A stretch of 63,419 nt of DNA, filler included, from Basidiobolus ranarum (Eukaryota), in assembly GCA_040143965.1 (NCBI GenBank). It is 53 parts of 53 records of this genome, joined end to end, with 100 filler letters (N's around TTAATTAATTAA, not from the genome) between each part and the next. Parts side by side here need not be neighbours in the genome. Positions count along the whole stretch, not along the records: positions 22,826 to 23,925 come from JASJQH010013313.1; positions 24,026 to 25,125 come from JASJQH010013314.1; positions 25,226 to 26,324 come from JASJQH010013315.1; positions 26,425 to 27,523 come from JASJQH010013316.1; positions 27,624 to 28,722 come from JASJQH010013317.1; positions 28,823 to 29,921 come from JASJQH010013318.1; positions 30,022 to 31,120 come from JASJQH010013319.1; positions 31,221 to 32,319 come from JASJQH010013320.1; 45 more parts are not named here. One strand, written 5' to 3'. Made by a program: the position numbers and the translations under genes. Each line of letters starts with the position of its first letter. The first letter of the stretch is position 1. The notes below the pieces were generated by a model. The model ran no database searches. It saw only the letters and a list, made by a program, of their open reading frames with translations, and was not told the DNA's origin. Positions 22,858 to 36,013 of the stretch are shown piece after piece.

Positions 22858-23925
22858 CTATTCTAGATACACTTGCTCGTAGGCATATTCATCTGGGTTT
22901 TTAGTACCAATAACAATTGTTATTATTGCCATTACTGTGCTCAACAATGGTACATATGTATGCGTTTTTAAAGCCAATATAATCCCTGTATAAGTTTGCG
23001 ATAAATCTCCTATCGCATGTCCAAGTATTTGAAAATATCCTTTCTCAAATCTCAGGTTTAACATGTAAAACATTGCTGATATAATTGCTGCAGTAAAATG
23101 CAAGACAACAATTGTATCCATATATCCAATTACAATCATCCATATTAATACAAATGCATCGACTAGAAAATCTAAAACCCAGAAATATTTGTATACAGCT
23201 TGTTTCCACCCTCTTTTTATTTTTAGTGTTATAAACAATACAAGTAAGGCCAACACTATTACTAATGTTATCCAATCTCCATAGACTGGCCCTCTTGTAC
23301 AATCTGTATTGCAAAGCTGCCTCCACGGACTGTTCAAATAATGTCTGTCACATATAATTGGATTATGTTTTACACTACAAGAAACTAAATTTTTTGGTGG
23401 ATCCGTTGTTGGAAATCTTCTAATATTATTATTATCAAGATTTAACGTTCTTGTATTCGGAGGAAATTCTACTTCTTCCAACGCATTATCTTTAAACACA
23501 AACGTCTTTATATCTTGATTTTCTAAAAATATTTTTGGAACCCATTTTAGTTTGTTTTTACCAATATAAAAAGATCTGTATGTTTGACTAACATGCTCCG
23601 TATTAACTAGTTCTAATTCCTCTATTTGGTTTCCAGAAATTTTGTCCAAATTAGATAAACGAACTCTTGCTTTACCCGATATCAAATTATTCTTTAAACT
23701 ATAAGAAAAATCAAATCCATCATCAGGTATAACTTTTTTGGGTTTCCACGGTTCCCATCTTGAATTGTCTTGAATACGTTCTATTAAAGGTCCTTTAATA
23801 AAATTATTATCCAAGTCTAAACTACCTTTGAAATTTGGATCAACAGTTGAAATACTACCCGTAATACTATTATTTTTTAACGATATTTTCAAGTGGACTC
23901 CTTTGTCTGTATTTTTGTTGACGAA
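22858..23925 (-). CDS. Leucine-rich-repeat protein with a C-terminal multi-pass membrane region, 5' truncated
   Basis: LRR units (SLDLDNNFIKGPL, TLNLDNNNIRRFP, VKHNPIICD cap) followed by 4-5 hydrophobic segments; 355 open codons, no introns. Confidence 0.8.
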   Translation of the reverse strand, partial: FVNKNTDKGVHLKISLKNNSITGSISTVDPNFKGSLDLDNNFIKGPLIERIQDNSRWEPWKPKKVIPDDGFDFSYSLKNNLISGKARVRLSNLDKISGNQIEELELVNTEHVSQTYRSFYIGKNKLKWVPKIFLENQDIKTFVFKDNALEEVEFPPNTRTLNLDNNNIRRFPTTDPPKNLVSCSVKHNPIICDRHYLNSPWRQLCNTDCTRGPVYGDWITLVIVLALLVLFITLKIKRGWKQAVYKYFWVLDFLVDAFVLIWMIVIGYMDTIVVLHFTAAIISAMFYMLNLRFEKGYFQILGHAIGDLSQTYTGIILALKTHTYVPLLSTVMAIITIVIGTKNPDEYAYEQVYLE

Positions 23926-24025
23926 NNNNNNNNNNNNNNNNNNNNNNNNNNNNNNNNNNNNNNNNNNNNTTAATTAATTAANNNNNNNNNNNNNNNNNNN
24001 NNNNNNNNNNNNNNNNNNNNNNNNN

Positions 24026-25125
24026 AACTTTTACCGACGGTTTGTCAAGAACTACTCCAAACTATCTGCTCCATTAACAAACCTTACAAAGAAAGAACTC
24101 CCATTTGACTGGAACCAATCTTGCCAACAATCATTTGTAACTTTTAAGGGTGCTTTTACCTCAGCACCAATCCTGGCACATCCCAAGCTAGACAAGCCAT
24201 TGATTGTTGAAACTGATGCATTGGACTTTGCTCTAGGAGTAGTATTATCACAGTTTGATGATGACAGCTTGCTACACCTTGTTGCCTTTTACTCAAGAAA
24301 GTTTTCTGTCACAGAAATCAACTACAACTTCTATGACAAGGAACTATTAGCAATTATTGCTGTGTTTGAACAATGGCAACAATACTTGGATGGAGCAAAT
24401 CACAAATTCACAGTTTATTGTGATCACAAGAATCTGCAGTATTTTAGTACAACCAAAGTTCTCAACCATTGTCAAGCAAGATGGTCATTATTTCTTGCGA
24501 GTTTTGATTTTGTGATCACATATTGACCAGGCAGCCGGCAATGAAAGCCTGATGCCTTATCATGTAGAGCAGAATATCAGCCTAAAGAAGGGGATGAAGA
24601 CTTTGGCCAACAAACTACTTCCTTACTGAAGCCCCACCAACTTCAAATTAGTGCCACTGCCCTTTCTCTGCCTAGTTAAAGCACATTCCATGAAAACATC
24701 CACAAACTTCAATCTGAAGACCCATAAGTAATATTAATCAAGAAAGCCCAGGAAACACCCAAAGACCTCTCAAGCTTAAACCGGTACCACCATTTCTGTA
24801 TCATAAATGATATCTTGTTTATTAGAAGCAACTTTACATTCCAGACCATACTTCCAGATTCAAAATTGTGCAGGAAAGACATGACTGACCACTAGCAGGA
24901 CACTTTGGTTTTGCCAAATCATATATGTTGGCATCAAGAGATTATTGGTTGCCCAAATGTTTGCATTTGTCAAGACTTATGTTTTGACATGTGATACTTG
25001 TGCTTGAGTGAAGACTCCAAGACATCAGCCCTATAGCCTCCTACAGCCTCTTCCAATTCCTGATCAGTAGTGGAAATCTATATCCCTGGTTTCATAACTG
25101 ATCCACCCTTGTCAGCCAAATATGA
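24026..25125 (+). mobile_element. Gypsy RT connection-RNaseH-integrase zinc finger, decayed
   Basis: IVETDALDFALG, VAFYSRK, YDKELLAII, VYCDHKNL. Confidence 0.93.
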
Positions 25126-25225
25126 NNNNNNNNNNNNNNNNNNNNNNNNNNNNNNNNNNNNNNNNNNNNTTAATTAATTAANNNNNNNNNNNNNNNNNNN
25201 NNNNNNNNNNNNNNNNNNNNNNNNN

Positions 25226-26324
25226 AATTTCTTGATTTGCAATCTTTTATCTGGGGTCCTGGTTTGTTACAACCATAGCATAAGCCTGGTTTCCTTCTTT
25301 TGTAACCTTTGTACTTGCCAAAGCTATGTTTTCCAGCTCCAAAAAGTGCCACTTCCTCAGATTCTTTTTCCAAATTCTTACTTCTGAGATGTTGATCCAT
25401 TAGCCTTGCTACCACAACCTCCAAAGACAACTTGTCAGATCTTGCTCCCAAAGCTGTGAGCAAGTTTGAATACTGTTCTGGTAGACTACTTAGATGAGTC
25501 AAAATGACATCTTTTTCCTCTAAAGTTGAACCAATATTTTCCAGTTGTTTTGTCAAAGATCTCACATTTGCAAAATGAGTAAACATGCTTTCAGACTTTT
25601 CCATCTTTATATTGAAGAATCTTTGCTTGAGAAAGAGTCTGTTAGCAAGAGTCTGTGCTTCATAACACTCTTTCAATATAGTCCAAGCTTAATGGGATGT
25701 CTCTGCATATTGAATATGCACAAGTTGTGAATCCTTCAAACTTTGACAAATGACATTAAAGGCCTCCTTGTCTCTTTTCCTGTAAGCTTCCAATAAAGAA
25801 GGGTCAGAAGGTTCCTTTTCATCTCCAGAGACTACATCCAAAAGCTCCCTGTCTTCCAGCATGATTTGCATCTTGAACTTCCAGAAATTTTAATTTTCTC
25901 CATCAAGCTTTTCAACACTGAGTTGATAAAAGTGGTAGTAGTGGTTTTTGTCATGCTGTAAAGGTTAGAACACAATGTTCATAACCTATTGTGAAAATAT
26001 GGGCTGTTTGGAGGAACTTTAGAAAAGTGGAGTTGTGAATAGCTCTGTCAGATAATCATCTATTGTCTAGAAATAAAGCATTTATACATTTTGATGGAAA
26101 TAAAGAAAACTAACACTGGGGTTGTGCTCAGAACATCTGTGGGAGTAAAATGAGCTATCTTTGGGGCAATATTGACAAGTTTGAAATTTCCAAAATGGAA
26201 TTGCTAATTCTCACATTATTGACATATATATATAATATATGTTCCAATTTTCAGCCAAATGATATTTGCCTAAGTAATGTTAACTAACTTATATGCAATA
26301 TATGGAATAGTTTGGTGTATAAAG
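25226..26324 (-). mobile_element. Copia LTR-A, PBS remnant and gag
   Basis: LTR ends ...CACAATA|GGTTATG; KLDGEN..WKFKMQIMLEDRELL; CYGCNKPG zinc knuckle. Confidence 0.9.
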
Positions 26325-26424
26325 NNNNNNNNNNNNNNNNNNNNNNNNNNNNNNNNNNNNNNNNNNNNTTAATTAATTAANNNNNNNNNNNNNNNNNNNN
26401 NNNNNNNNNNNNNNNNNNNNNNNN

Positions 26425-27523
26425 TTAAGGAAGGTCCCAGCAACATGTGTGCAAAGTTTGGGGCTTCTAGCACAAGTTTGAAAAATCTATATATCTGAGA
26501 ACTTCTAAGTTGGTAAAAATATTCTAGGTAAATTCCAATTGAGAATAATTGATAATATCTTAGTGAATTATAAGATAACTAATTACTAAGCTATATATGA
26601 CTCTATAGGTGTTTAGGCAATGCTAATTTCAACAAAACTGACATAAACAAGAAGGTTTATATGGGAGATGACCAGCCACTAGAAGCTCTGGGAGTGGGAG
26701 AAATTGATGTGGATCTTGGGGGCATCTCTGGGGACATGTATTTGACACTGGAAAATGTGCTATATGTGCCTGGGATAGCAAAAATTTTGTTATCAGTGAG
26801 TATAGCTACATCTGAGGGTTGAAGCTTTAATTTTGATCAAAATGGCTGTAAAATCAGGGATCAAAAAGGGAATTACATAGCTTCTGGTGCTAAGCAAAAT
26901 AACTTTTATAAGCTTCATTATACTAGGGCAATATATGAACAAGTTAATACTGCCACAGCTGAAGAGATAGACTGGAAAATCTGGCATAGGAGATTGGGTC
27001 ATTGAGGAGCTGAAAATATGAGAAATTTAGTCTAAAACCAGTTGATTTTGAGACAAACTTTTGTAATTCCACCAGATCTGGAGCTATGTGAAGGTTGCCT
27101 ATATGGTAGGCAACACAGACAGCCATATGTGGGCTCTGGAATGGGCAAAATTGATCAGAAATTGGGCCTTATATATTCAGATCTGAGTGGCCCAATGCAG
27201 ACAAAATCCTTAGGTGGAAAAAGGTACTTTATGACCTTTATTGATGATAAGACAAAGTATACTTGGGTGTACTTTCAGGCCAGCAAGGATGAACCCTTTG
27301 ATACCTTCAAGAAGTTCAAAGCAATGCTGGAGACTGAAACAGGTCTAAAGATTAAGATTATTCATACTGATAATGGAGGGGTATATACCTCAAAACTCTT
27401 CTCTAACTTCTGCTTAACACATGGGATAAAACAGCAGACTACAGTGCCATATTTTCCACAGCAGAATGTGCAAACAGATCAATAATGGAAAAGGCAAGAT
27501 CAATGCTTCATGATCAAGATTTA
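26425..27523 (+). mobile_element. Inverted LTR-B (26425-~26633) inserted in a copia protease-integrase region
   Basis: CEGCLYGRQHRQP, YSDLSGPM, FIDDKTKYTWVYF, HTDNGG. Confidence 0.9.
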
Positions 27524-27623
27524 NNNNNNNNNNNNNNNNNNNNNNNNNNNNNNNNNNNNNNNNNNNNTTAATTAATTAANNNNNNNNNNNNNNNNNNNNN
27601 NNNNNNNNNNNNNNNNNNNNNNN

Positions 27624-27870
27624 TCAATACATGCATACTCAAAGATATCCATTGAGAGCTCTAGACTTAAGACACTATGAATAAAGCTTTCATTATCTTT
27701 TGAATGTGCAATAATGTCTAAAAGTACTTTTCTTAAACATTGCACATAAGTAAAATAAACTGTTTCCAAAACGGTAAATAACATTGTGTCGGATAGTGCC
27801 CAATCATGCCAATTTGTGCTGGCACACTTTTTAACTGGCCTGATCTGGCTCAATAAAATGGAACAAGTCT
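27624..27870 (-). repeat. Unclassified element terminus AGACTTGTTCCATTTTATTG...
   Basis: Same terminus at 38203-38309 (+); both copies interrupt copia RT. Confidence 0.6.
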
Positions 27871-28722
27871 CATGTAGATCTCTTCTTCTAGATTTCCATT
27901 CAGAAAGGATGTTAATAACATCCATTTGATATAAATTAAGGTTATGGACAGCAGAGAGTGCCAGGATTGATCTAATGGAGCTAAACCTATCTACTGAAGA
28001 AAAGGTTTCATCAAAATCAACTCCTGGAGTCTGGGAATAGCCTTTTGCAACTAATTTTGATTTGTATCTTTCTATGGTTCCATCAGTTTGTTTTTTGACT
28101 TTGTAGACCCATTGGCAACCTATTGGCTTTCTCCCTGATGGTAGAGAACATGGAACCCATATTTTATCATCCTCAACTGAAGAAAACTTGTTAGATATTG
28201 CTTTTTCCCATAATTTTGATTCTAGACACTCCAGAGCTTGATCTAGAGTTTGTGATTTGGCACAGAATGCTGCATTAGTATATATGTCATCATTGGAAGT
28301 GTTCCATCAGTTTCCTAGCCAAATCTGATGTAATTGGGGATGGAATTTGGCTGAATAGGGCTCAGATATAGCTGGAATTTTGTCAGATAATTCCTGAGAG
28401 TGTTGATTGTGATTTCTTGATGAAGAACTGTGATCTGAAGTGAAAATGTGCTTTTTCATCAAAAACCACATCTCTGTACTTAATTAATTTCTGATTTTTG
28501 GTGTCAACTGGTCTGTAAGCCTTAGATCCCTCACAGTAACCAAGATATATGTATTTTCTGCTTTTGGGTTCCAATTTAGAGTTTTTTGGAGCTGGAATTA
28601 CACAATATGCTGTGCAACCAAAGATCCTGAGATGATCCACACTTGGTTTTGATCCATATAGGGCTTCAAATGGAGTAGAATTTCATAGCAATCTTGTTGG
28701 GCATCTGTTTTTGATATAGACT
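27871..28722 (-). mobile_element. Copia integrase-RT, decayed paralog of 14423-15523
   Basis: [10 protein letters not shown]; high nucleotide similarity. Confidence 0.92.
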
Positions 28723-28822
28723 NNNNNNNNNNNNNNNNNNNNNNNNNNNNNNNNNNNNNNNNNNNNTTAATTAATTAANNNNNNNNNNNNNNNNNNNNNN
28801 NNNNNNNNNNNNNNNNNNNNNN

Positions 28823-29053
28823 CAAGACATCACCTATGCTTGGATTGGAGGAACATCAGCCACCAAGAAGATCTCTGGTACCAGTATGGCCAGTCCCCAT
28901 GTTGCTGGTGTTGCTGCTTTGTACCTATCCCAAGGAGGTTTGAACACTCCAGCTGAGGTATACTCTGCGCTTGTTTCTAAGGCTACTAAGGATGTAATCA
29001 CTGGATTAAAGGGGACCACTCCCAACCTTTTGGTATTCAACTCGAACCAATAA
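28823..29053 (+). CDS. Subtilisin-like (proteinase K family, S8A) serine protease, C-terminal end
   Basis: ISGTSMASPHVAGVAAL catalytic Ser motif; ATKDVITGL..TPNLLVFN*. Confidence 0.95.
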   Translation, partial: QDITYAWIGGTSATKKISGTSMASPHVAGVAALYLSQGGLNTPAEVYSALVSKATKDVITGLKGTTPNLLVFNSNQ

Positions 29054-29847
29054 TCGGGTTTATCCTGATCTGCTCTTTATTACTACCATGTTTCATGAAA
29101 TAAAGTTACCCAATTCCAACAATTCCTCTAATTTTGAATGATATGTGATTAAAGAAAAATATTGAAACGACGCCATACCAGTATATTATACTTCGTGCAA
29201 CCAAATGAAAAGATCAGTCAAATATAAGTTTATCACATATTAATTACTACATCAAGCTATCATTTCTGTACCTCGAGGTTTTCTAACCTTCAATCGATCA
29301 CATGATTTAATTCACTCACTAATTCATAAGAATTGGAATTCAAGCGTTAATATATTCATCTATTCAATCTGACCAAGCGGCTCCGATGACTAAGAAATCA
29401 ATACGGTACTCCCCTCAGCAGTAAGCGAGGTAATAATTAGTTAGATAGTACGTACCGTTAGCCCATCCCATCAATCCTAATAAGTAAGTTAACAGTAGAC
29501 TTACACAACTGAGTCGAATTTTGATATCCATTGTCATAATAATAACCAAACAAAGAAAGATCGCGAAATTCTCTCACTGTTTCTCATCATTTTATAAGAG
29601 TTAATAAATGGCAGAAGATCGACCTGGTTTCCGGTATCGAGTCACCAGATACAAGCTCAAGATGAGTTGCTGAGGGAAAAACTGAGAACTAGAATTGCAA
29701 TAGGTACAGCCGAAAACCGGAGACTGTGAGAGAAAATGCGAGATTAGGAAAGAGGACTCAACTCCTGAGATCCTGCGAGGAATATAAATTCAAGTTGAAT
29801 ACACAAGTAAAAAGTCATCAGTTCTATCTCATTGTCTTACATTCACC

Positions 29848-29921
29848 ATGGTAAACATCCGTTGCTTCGCCTTAGGTTCTCTAGTTGCTATCGTTTTAGC
29901 TGTATCCGTTACTGATGCCCA
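29848..29921 (+). CDS. Start of a secreted protein (signal peptide), possibly a tandem protease paralog
   Basis: TATAAA at 29783-29788; CACCATGG context; MVNIRCFALGSLVAIVLAVSVTDA. Confidence 0.6.
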
Positions 29922-30021
29922 NNNNNNNNNNNNNNNNNNNNNNNNNNNNNNNNNNNNNNNNNNNNTTAATTAATTAANNNNNNNNNNNNNNNNNNNNNNN
30001 NNNNNNNNNNNNNNNNNNNNN

Positions 30022-30310
30022 ATATCAGCAATAGCTTGGGTATCAGCAGCACTGCCAGAACGGCAACACCAAATTCTATCATGGACTGGTGTCAACTTGT
30101 CTGTAACTCGATTAGCAATATAGGAACCGGTGGTTGTACGTGAATCAGCACCGATGATAACACCTTTGTCAAATTCGACGGCCATAATGGTAGTCTATAA
30201 ACAATACCAAATATAAAGTTAAATTCTAGGCTTTCTTCATCAAATAGAGCTTTTAGATAACTTCGAAAGAAACCTACACCAAGATTAGCTTCCCCGGGTT
30301 TCAAACTCAT
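30022..30310 (-). CDS. PRE3: 20S proteasome beta-1 subunit, 5' part (exon 30310-30278, intron 30277-30195, exon 30194-30022)
   Basis: [74 protein letters not shown]...TAG intron. Confidence 0.95.
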
Positions 30311-31699
30311 TGTTTAGTTGAGGGTTTGGGATAACGGTATAAAATAAAGAAAACTTGGTAGAGTAGCTGGATGAAGCTAGTAATTATGTAGCGCTTAATT
30401 TCCTCGTAACTCCCACTCTATCCTGAACAAAAATCAATCGCTTGCGTCACTGACAAATCCTCAGAGCGATTTAGCTAGCATAGAATGACCATCTAAATCA
30501 TGAAGATTTTAATCAAGATCACACAGATCACTCGTATATCAGAGTACTTTGAGCAGCCTTTAACTAACTAATCCTTAATCCTAATGATTTTCTGATGTTT
30601 CTTGGTTAAGAGTTAGCATTGACACCATGATTCGGAAAAAAAAGGAAAAAAATCGCAGTGTAATAGCTGTAGGTTGGCTCAAGTATATACCTTTGAGAGA
30701 GAACAGTGTAAAGAGCATACAAATTAAAGAAACATGGAGCACCCACCAATTCAATTTGCTTGTATGTATAAGGAAACGTGATACCCTCTCTGTGATTCCT
30801 TACTAACCGTAGTGTTGTTTCCTTCTCTTAAGATCGTTCTATCAACGAACTTGGAATCACCAATGGCCCACCCAGTGTTAAACCTTTCGAAGCTTTCGAA
30901 AAGTAAACATTTTATTCTTTTAACTGGAAATATTTCCCATTACTCAGTCGCAGCATTTAACAAATTTTCTTTTCCTCTCGAAAAGGCAGGTAGGAAGTGT
31001 TAGAAATTTCAAGTATAGCAAGGATGGAAAGTTCCTTGCTTGGGCCACTACCGACTCGTGAGTAGTTTTATTTACGTTGGTATAGTGAGCTTGGAAGTTA
31101 ACTTGTTGTAGGGTAAAGGTNNNNNNNNNNNNNNNNNNNNNNNNNNNNNNNNNNNNNNNNNNNNTTAATTAATTAANNNNNNNNNNNNNNNNNNNNNNNN
31201 NNNNNNNNNNNNNNNNNNNNGGTCGTAAGGGCAAAGGGATCGGGGGGGGGGCGAAGCACAGGGGGGGGTTTTACCCCCCCCATGGGGGGCCCACCCACAA
31301 TAAAAAAGAGGGAAAAAGGGGGGAAGAGCCAGGCCGAGGGGAGTGATTTGATCAAATCAAATGTGGCAAGAGGGGGGACTAGAGGGGGTTCGCAAATGAT
31401 GCCCCCCCAACTTTTTAAGCGGGGGGCCGATTACCCCCCTCTCTCCCCTCCTCCCTGCCCGAAGGGACCAAGGGGGGGGGCCAAGTGGCTCCCCCCTCCC
31501 GATACCGTCCCCCTGTGCTTCCCCCCTCGGGGGTGGGCAACCCCCCCCTCCCCTCTTCGGGAGGGGGGGGGTGCGAGGAGGGATCGAAAGGCCAAAGGAA
31601 TCGGGGCCCCCCTGCTGGGAGCCCCTTTGGAGGGGCAAATGGAAGGGGGGGAGAGGTGAACCGGGAGGGATAGCACGGGGGGGCCTTCGGCCCCCCTAG

Positions 31700-32011
<312 letters not shown>

Positions 32012-32419
32012 TGAGTGATCTACATTCGTAGGGGGGGGGGCAGCAATATTTTGATTCCTCCCCCCCCCCTTGTCTGAGGGGGGGGGCATCTCTCCCCTTC
32101 CTACCCGGCTCCCTGGGTGGGGGTAGGTATTTAGCCGGGGAAGGATCACCCCCTCCCTCCCCCCTCAAAGAGGGAAAGGGGGGGGGTTTGATAAGGGGGG
32201 GGGCTAGGGGGGGTGGAAAGCTTCTTCCCAGCTCCACCTTCCCCCCACTTCGTGCTTCCCCTCCCAGGGGGCAGCACCCAAGGGAAAAAGGAGGGGCCCT
32301 CTTTGGCTACCCCCCCCCGNNNNNNNNNNNNNNNNNNNNNNNNNNNNNNNNNNNNNNNNNNNNTTAATTAATTAANNNNNNNNNNNNNNNNNNNNNNNNN
32401 NNNNNNNNNNNNNNNNNNN

Positions 32420-33517
32420 CACATATAAGTTAGTTAACATTACATAGTCAAATATCACTTAGCTGAAAATTGGAACATATATTATACATATATGTGAATA
32501 ATGTGAGAATTAGCAATTCCATATTGGATATTTCAAACTCATTCAAATTGCCCCAAAGATAGCCCATTTTACTCCCACAGATGTTCTGAACACAACCCCA
32601 GTGTTAGTTTTCTGTATTTCAACCAAAATGTACAAATGCTTTATTTCTGGACAATAAATAATTATCTCACAAAGCTATTCACAGCTCCACTTTTCTAAAG
32701 TTCCTCCAAACAGCCCATATTTTCCCAATATGCTTATCAGCTTGCTCTATAAAGGAGGCAAATTTCATGACTTCAGGATCTCCCATAAGTATTCCTAACA
32801 AAAATAAAATAGATTTGAACCGGATTGCATCCACCCTCTGAACTAGCAAAACTATCAAAGAACCATCACAATATTGGTGGCTTGCATTCTGCCAGGGATT
32901 TTGATGGTGTGATATTAATTCTGGAGCCTCTCAACATTTCTCTAATTAGTAAAACTGGTTTAAGACATTCCAAACTGACATAAACAAGAAGGTTTATATG
33001 GGAAATGACTGGCCACCTGAAGCTCTGGGAGTGGGAGAAATTGTAGTGGATCTTGGGGGCATGTCTGGGGACATGTACTTGACACTAAAAACATGCTATA
33101 TGTGCCTGGGATAGCAAAAAATTTGTTATCAGTGAGTAAAGCTACATCTGAGGGATATACCTTTAATTTTGATCAAAATTGCTGCCCTAACATAAATATG
33201 AGGATTATTATTATAGGAAAACCATCACAATTTTAATCCATTTGTGATCAACTGTTTACATACCATTGTAAAATTGTCTAGTTAGAATTGCTTTTAATCA
33301 ATTTTTTCAGTTTCAGGAGTGAAATATCAAGATCTTGCAAAATAGTTGCACACAACTGGCTAAAATCTCAGAGAACTATGGATCAACACATGTGAAAAAA
33401 ACATAACTCAAATTTTATACAATTACCACTTAAATGCTAATTTGTCATGTTCAAAATCCCTAGTCTCTTTGATATATTCTCCTGAATATTTTTATAGAGT
33501 TCTTCATACCCAAGGTT
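32420..33517 (+). mobile_element. Mosaic: LTR-A (to 32730), CACTA end A piece (~32793-32911), copia protease piece, CACTA end B (33185-33517)
   Basis: Internal similarity to the defined termini; DSGASQHF-type copia protease remnant. Confidence 0.78.
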
Positions 33518-33617
33518 NNNNNNNNNNNNNNNNNNNNNNNNNNNNNNNNNNNNNNNNNNNNTTAATTAATTAANNNNNNNNNNNNNNNNNNNNNNNNNNN
33601 NNNNNNNNNNNNNNNNN

Positions 33618-34715
33618 TTTTGGAGATCTTTAAAGGCTGAGGAGTGGCATGCTTTGATTGATAATCAAACTTGGACTTTAACCAACTTACCTGATGAGAG
33701 AAAATCAATTGGCTGCCAATGGGTTTTTTAAGCTAAATACAACTCTGATGGTAATATAGAGAGGTACAAAGCTAGACTAGTATCCAGAGGCTATTTCAAA
33801 CACCAGAAATAGGCTATAGACTTTTGAAAATTCAGCTAAATATCAGTTTATTACACATCAAATTGATGTTAAAGCTGACTTTTTAAGTGGTGAGCTTGTT
33901 GAGGAAATCTATATAGACCAGCCAGAAGGATTTGTGGGCCCAGAAAACCCCAAAAAAGCTTGCAGACTCCAGAAAACACTCTATGGCTTAAAACAATCTC
34001 CAACAACTTGGAATAGTAAAATAGATGCTGTTTTGGAAACACTCCAATTCCAATAGAGTAATGCTGACTATGGTATCAACTTCAGGCCAGATAAGACAAA
34101 CCCAGTTTTATTAGCAATATATGTAGACAACCTGTTTATAGCAACCAATGACTTGAAGACTTTAGAGAAAACCAAATCCAGCTTATCTGCCAAATTCAAA
34201 ATGACTGATCTTGGTGAGCTGATGTACTATCTTGGAATCCAGATTAAGATAGATAAAGCTAACAAAACAATAACTTTAAACCAGTCTAAGTATATCCTAG
34301 ATATACTTGAAAAGCTTAAAATGGAAGAATGTAATATAGTTTCTATCCTAATGGAGACAAATCTTCACTTGACTGAAAATGGCTTAAATCAGATGTTATT
34401 GGATTCAAACAAAAGCCAGAAATTTCCTTTTCAATCTATGGTTATTGGTTGAATATATATCATAGTTAGAGCATGGCCAGGTATTGCATATTCTGTGTGA
34501 GCTATCAGCCAATATCTTCCAATTATGGATTTGATCAAATCATAGCAGTTAAGCAGATTTTCAGATATTTGAAAGGTACTGTGGATCTCTGCCTGAAATA
34601 TGCTTATTCTGGATCAAACTTTGATCTGATGGGATATTCAGATGCAAATTGGGGAAGAGATATTGAAGACAGGAGATCTACAACAGGATACCTATTTCTT
34701 TGCTGTAATGGAGCT
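33618..34715 (+). mobile_element. Copia RT-RNaseH, decayed
   Basis: LYGLKQ, FKMTDLGEL, YLKGT, GYSDANWGRDIEDRRSTTGY. Confidence 0.93.
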
Positions 34716-36013
34716 NNNNNNNNNNNNNNNNNNNNNNNNNNNNNNNNNNNNNNNNNNNNTTAATTAATTAANNNNNNNNNNNNNNNNNNNNNNNNNNNNN
34801 NNNNNNNNNNNNNNNATGACGTCGTTCCTCCATTTTCGTTGGTTTTAGGGTTTAGCAAAGATATGTTGTTTTTGTTTAACCGCGTGGAAAATCTTGATCT
34901 ACGTTGATAAAAATATTTTGTATAACCCCCTGGTATTTGCTTTGCATGGCGAATGTTGCGAGATTCTTATCGCAGAGCTGCTGCGTGTACTCGGGCGGGA
35001 GAATTGAACCAGCGACTCTCAAATAGCTGAAGATGAAAGTAGTCCCTCATAACCATTCGGCCAACAAACACTCACGTATGTGAGAGATGTTACGAAAATG
35101 TCAACCTTGTTCTATATGCAGACAGACAAGTGATTTTTTTGACTTCCTCGATACTCTTCACATCCCTCCCTAGTGTGGACCTTCTTTAATGACGTCAATT
35201 TTCTCCGTTTTACGCAAGCAAACAAAAAACTGAGCAGAGAATGTTGATGGCATTGGACATTTTTTATTATTAATTGGAATAGAGATTCATTGTAATAATA
35301 CGCGCTGCTATTTGGAGATAAGTTTTAGAAGAGATATTCCCCTCCATATTTAGCGGTTGTCAAGCTAGCCCGCACTATGGGCAGGCATATGGAATCACTT
35401 GATTACGCCGGTGATCCTCTTTCGGACTATGTGAGAATCAATTAATTGCACTTACCCATGATAGTAATATTCTAAGAAAAGATAGCCAATAAAAGGTTCC
35501 AATTCGCACCGAAATGATCGGAGAGTAAGATCAAATGAAGCTAAGGGGATAGAATGTGCCAACACATGTTGAGATGAGTAGATCGAAAAATCGTAAAGAA
35601 TATCTATTTATATTCAAGACTAGTTTTCCTCGGCTATATTTATGCGGAAAAATCTATTTTAGCCAACGGGGATATGGATATTTTCGCATAGTATATACAG
35701 TGAAAAATACCATTCTAGTTCAAGAAGACGTAAATACTCTAAATCAGATTCAATAATGCGAGTGAATAGAATGTATTTTATTCCATCTATCGATACATAG
35801 GAATATATATATATATATGGATACACATATTCACACACGTGATGAGAGAATTGTTGCCGGTGGCGCTGTTGTAGTAGAATTCAAATGTTTTCACTATTTA
35901 TATAAAAGTTCAANNNNNNNNNNNNNNNNNNNNNNNNNNNNNNNNNNNNNNNNNNNNTTAATTAATTAANNNNNNNNNNNNNNNNNNNNNNNNNNNNNNN
36001 NNNNNNNNNNNNN

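Noticed and set aside
34816-35913. CpG-retaining non-coding contig with TGACGTC sites and a terminal TATA-like motif
   Set aside because: Consistent with an ordinary intergenic/promoter region; no gene or RNA could be supported.
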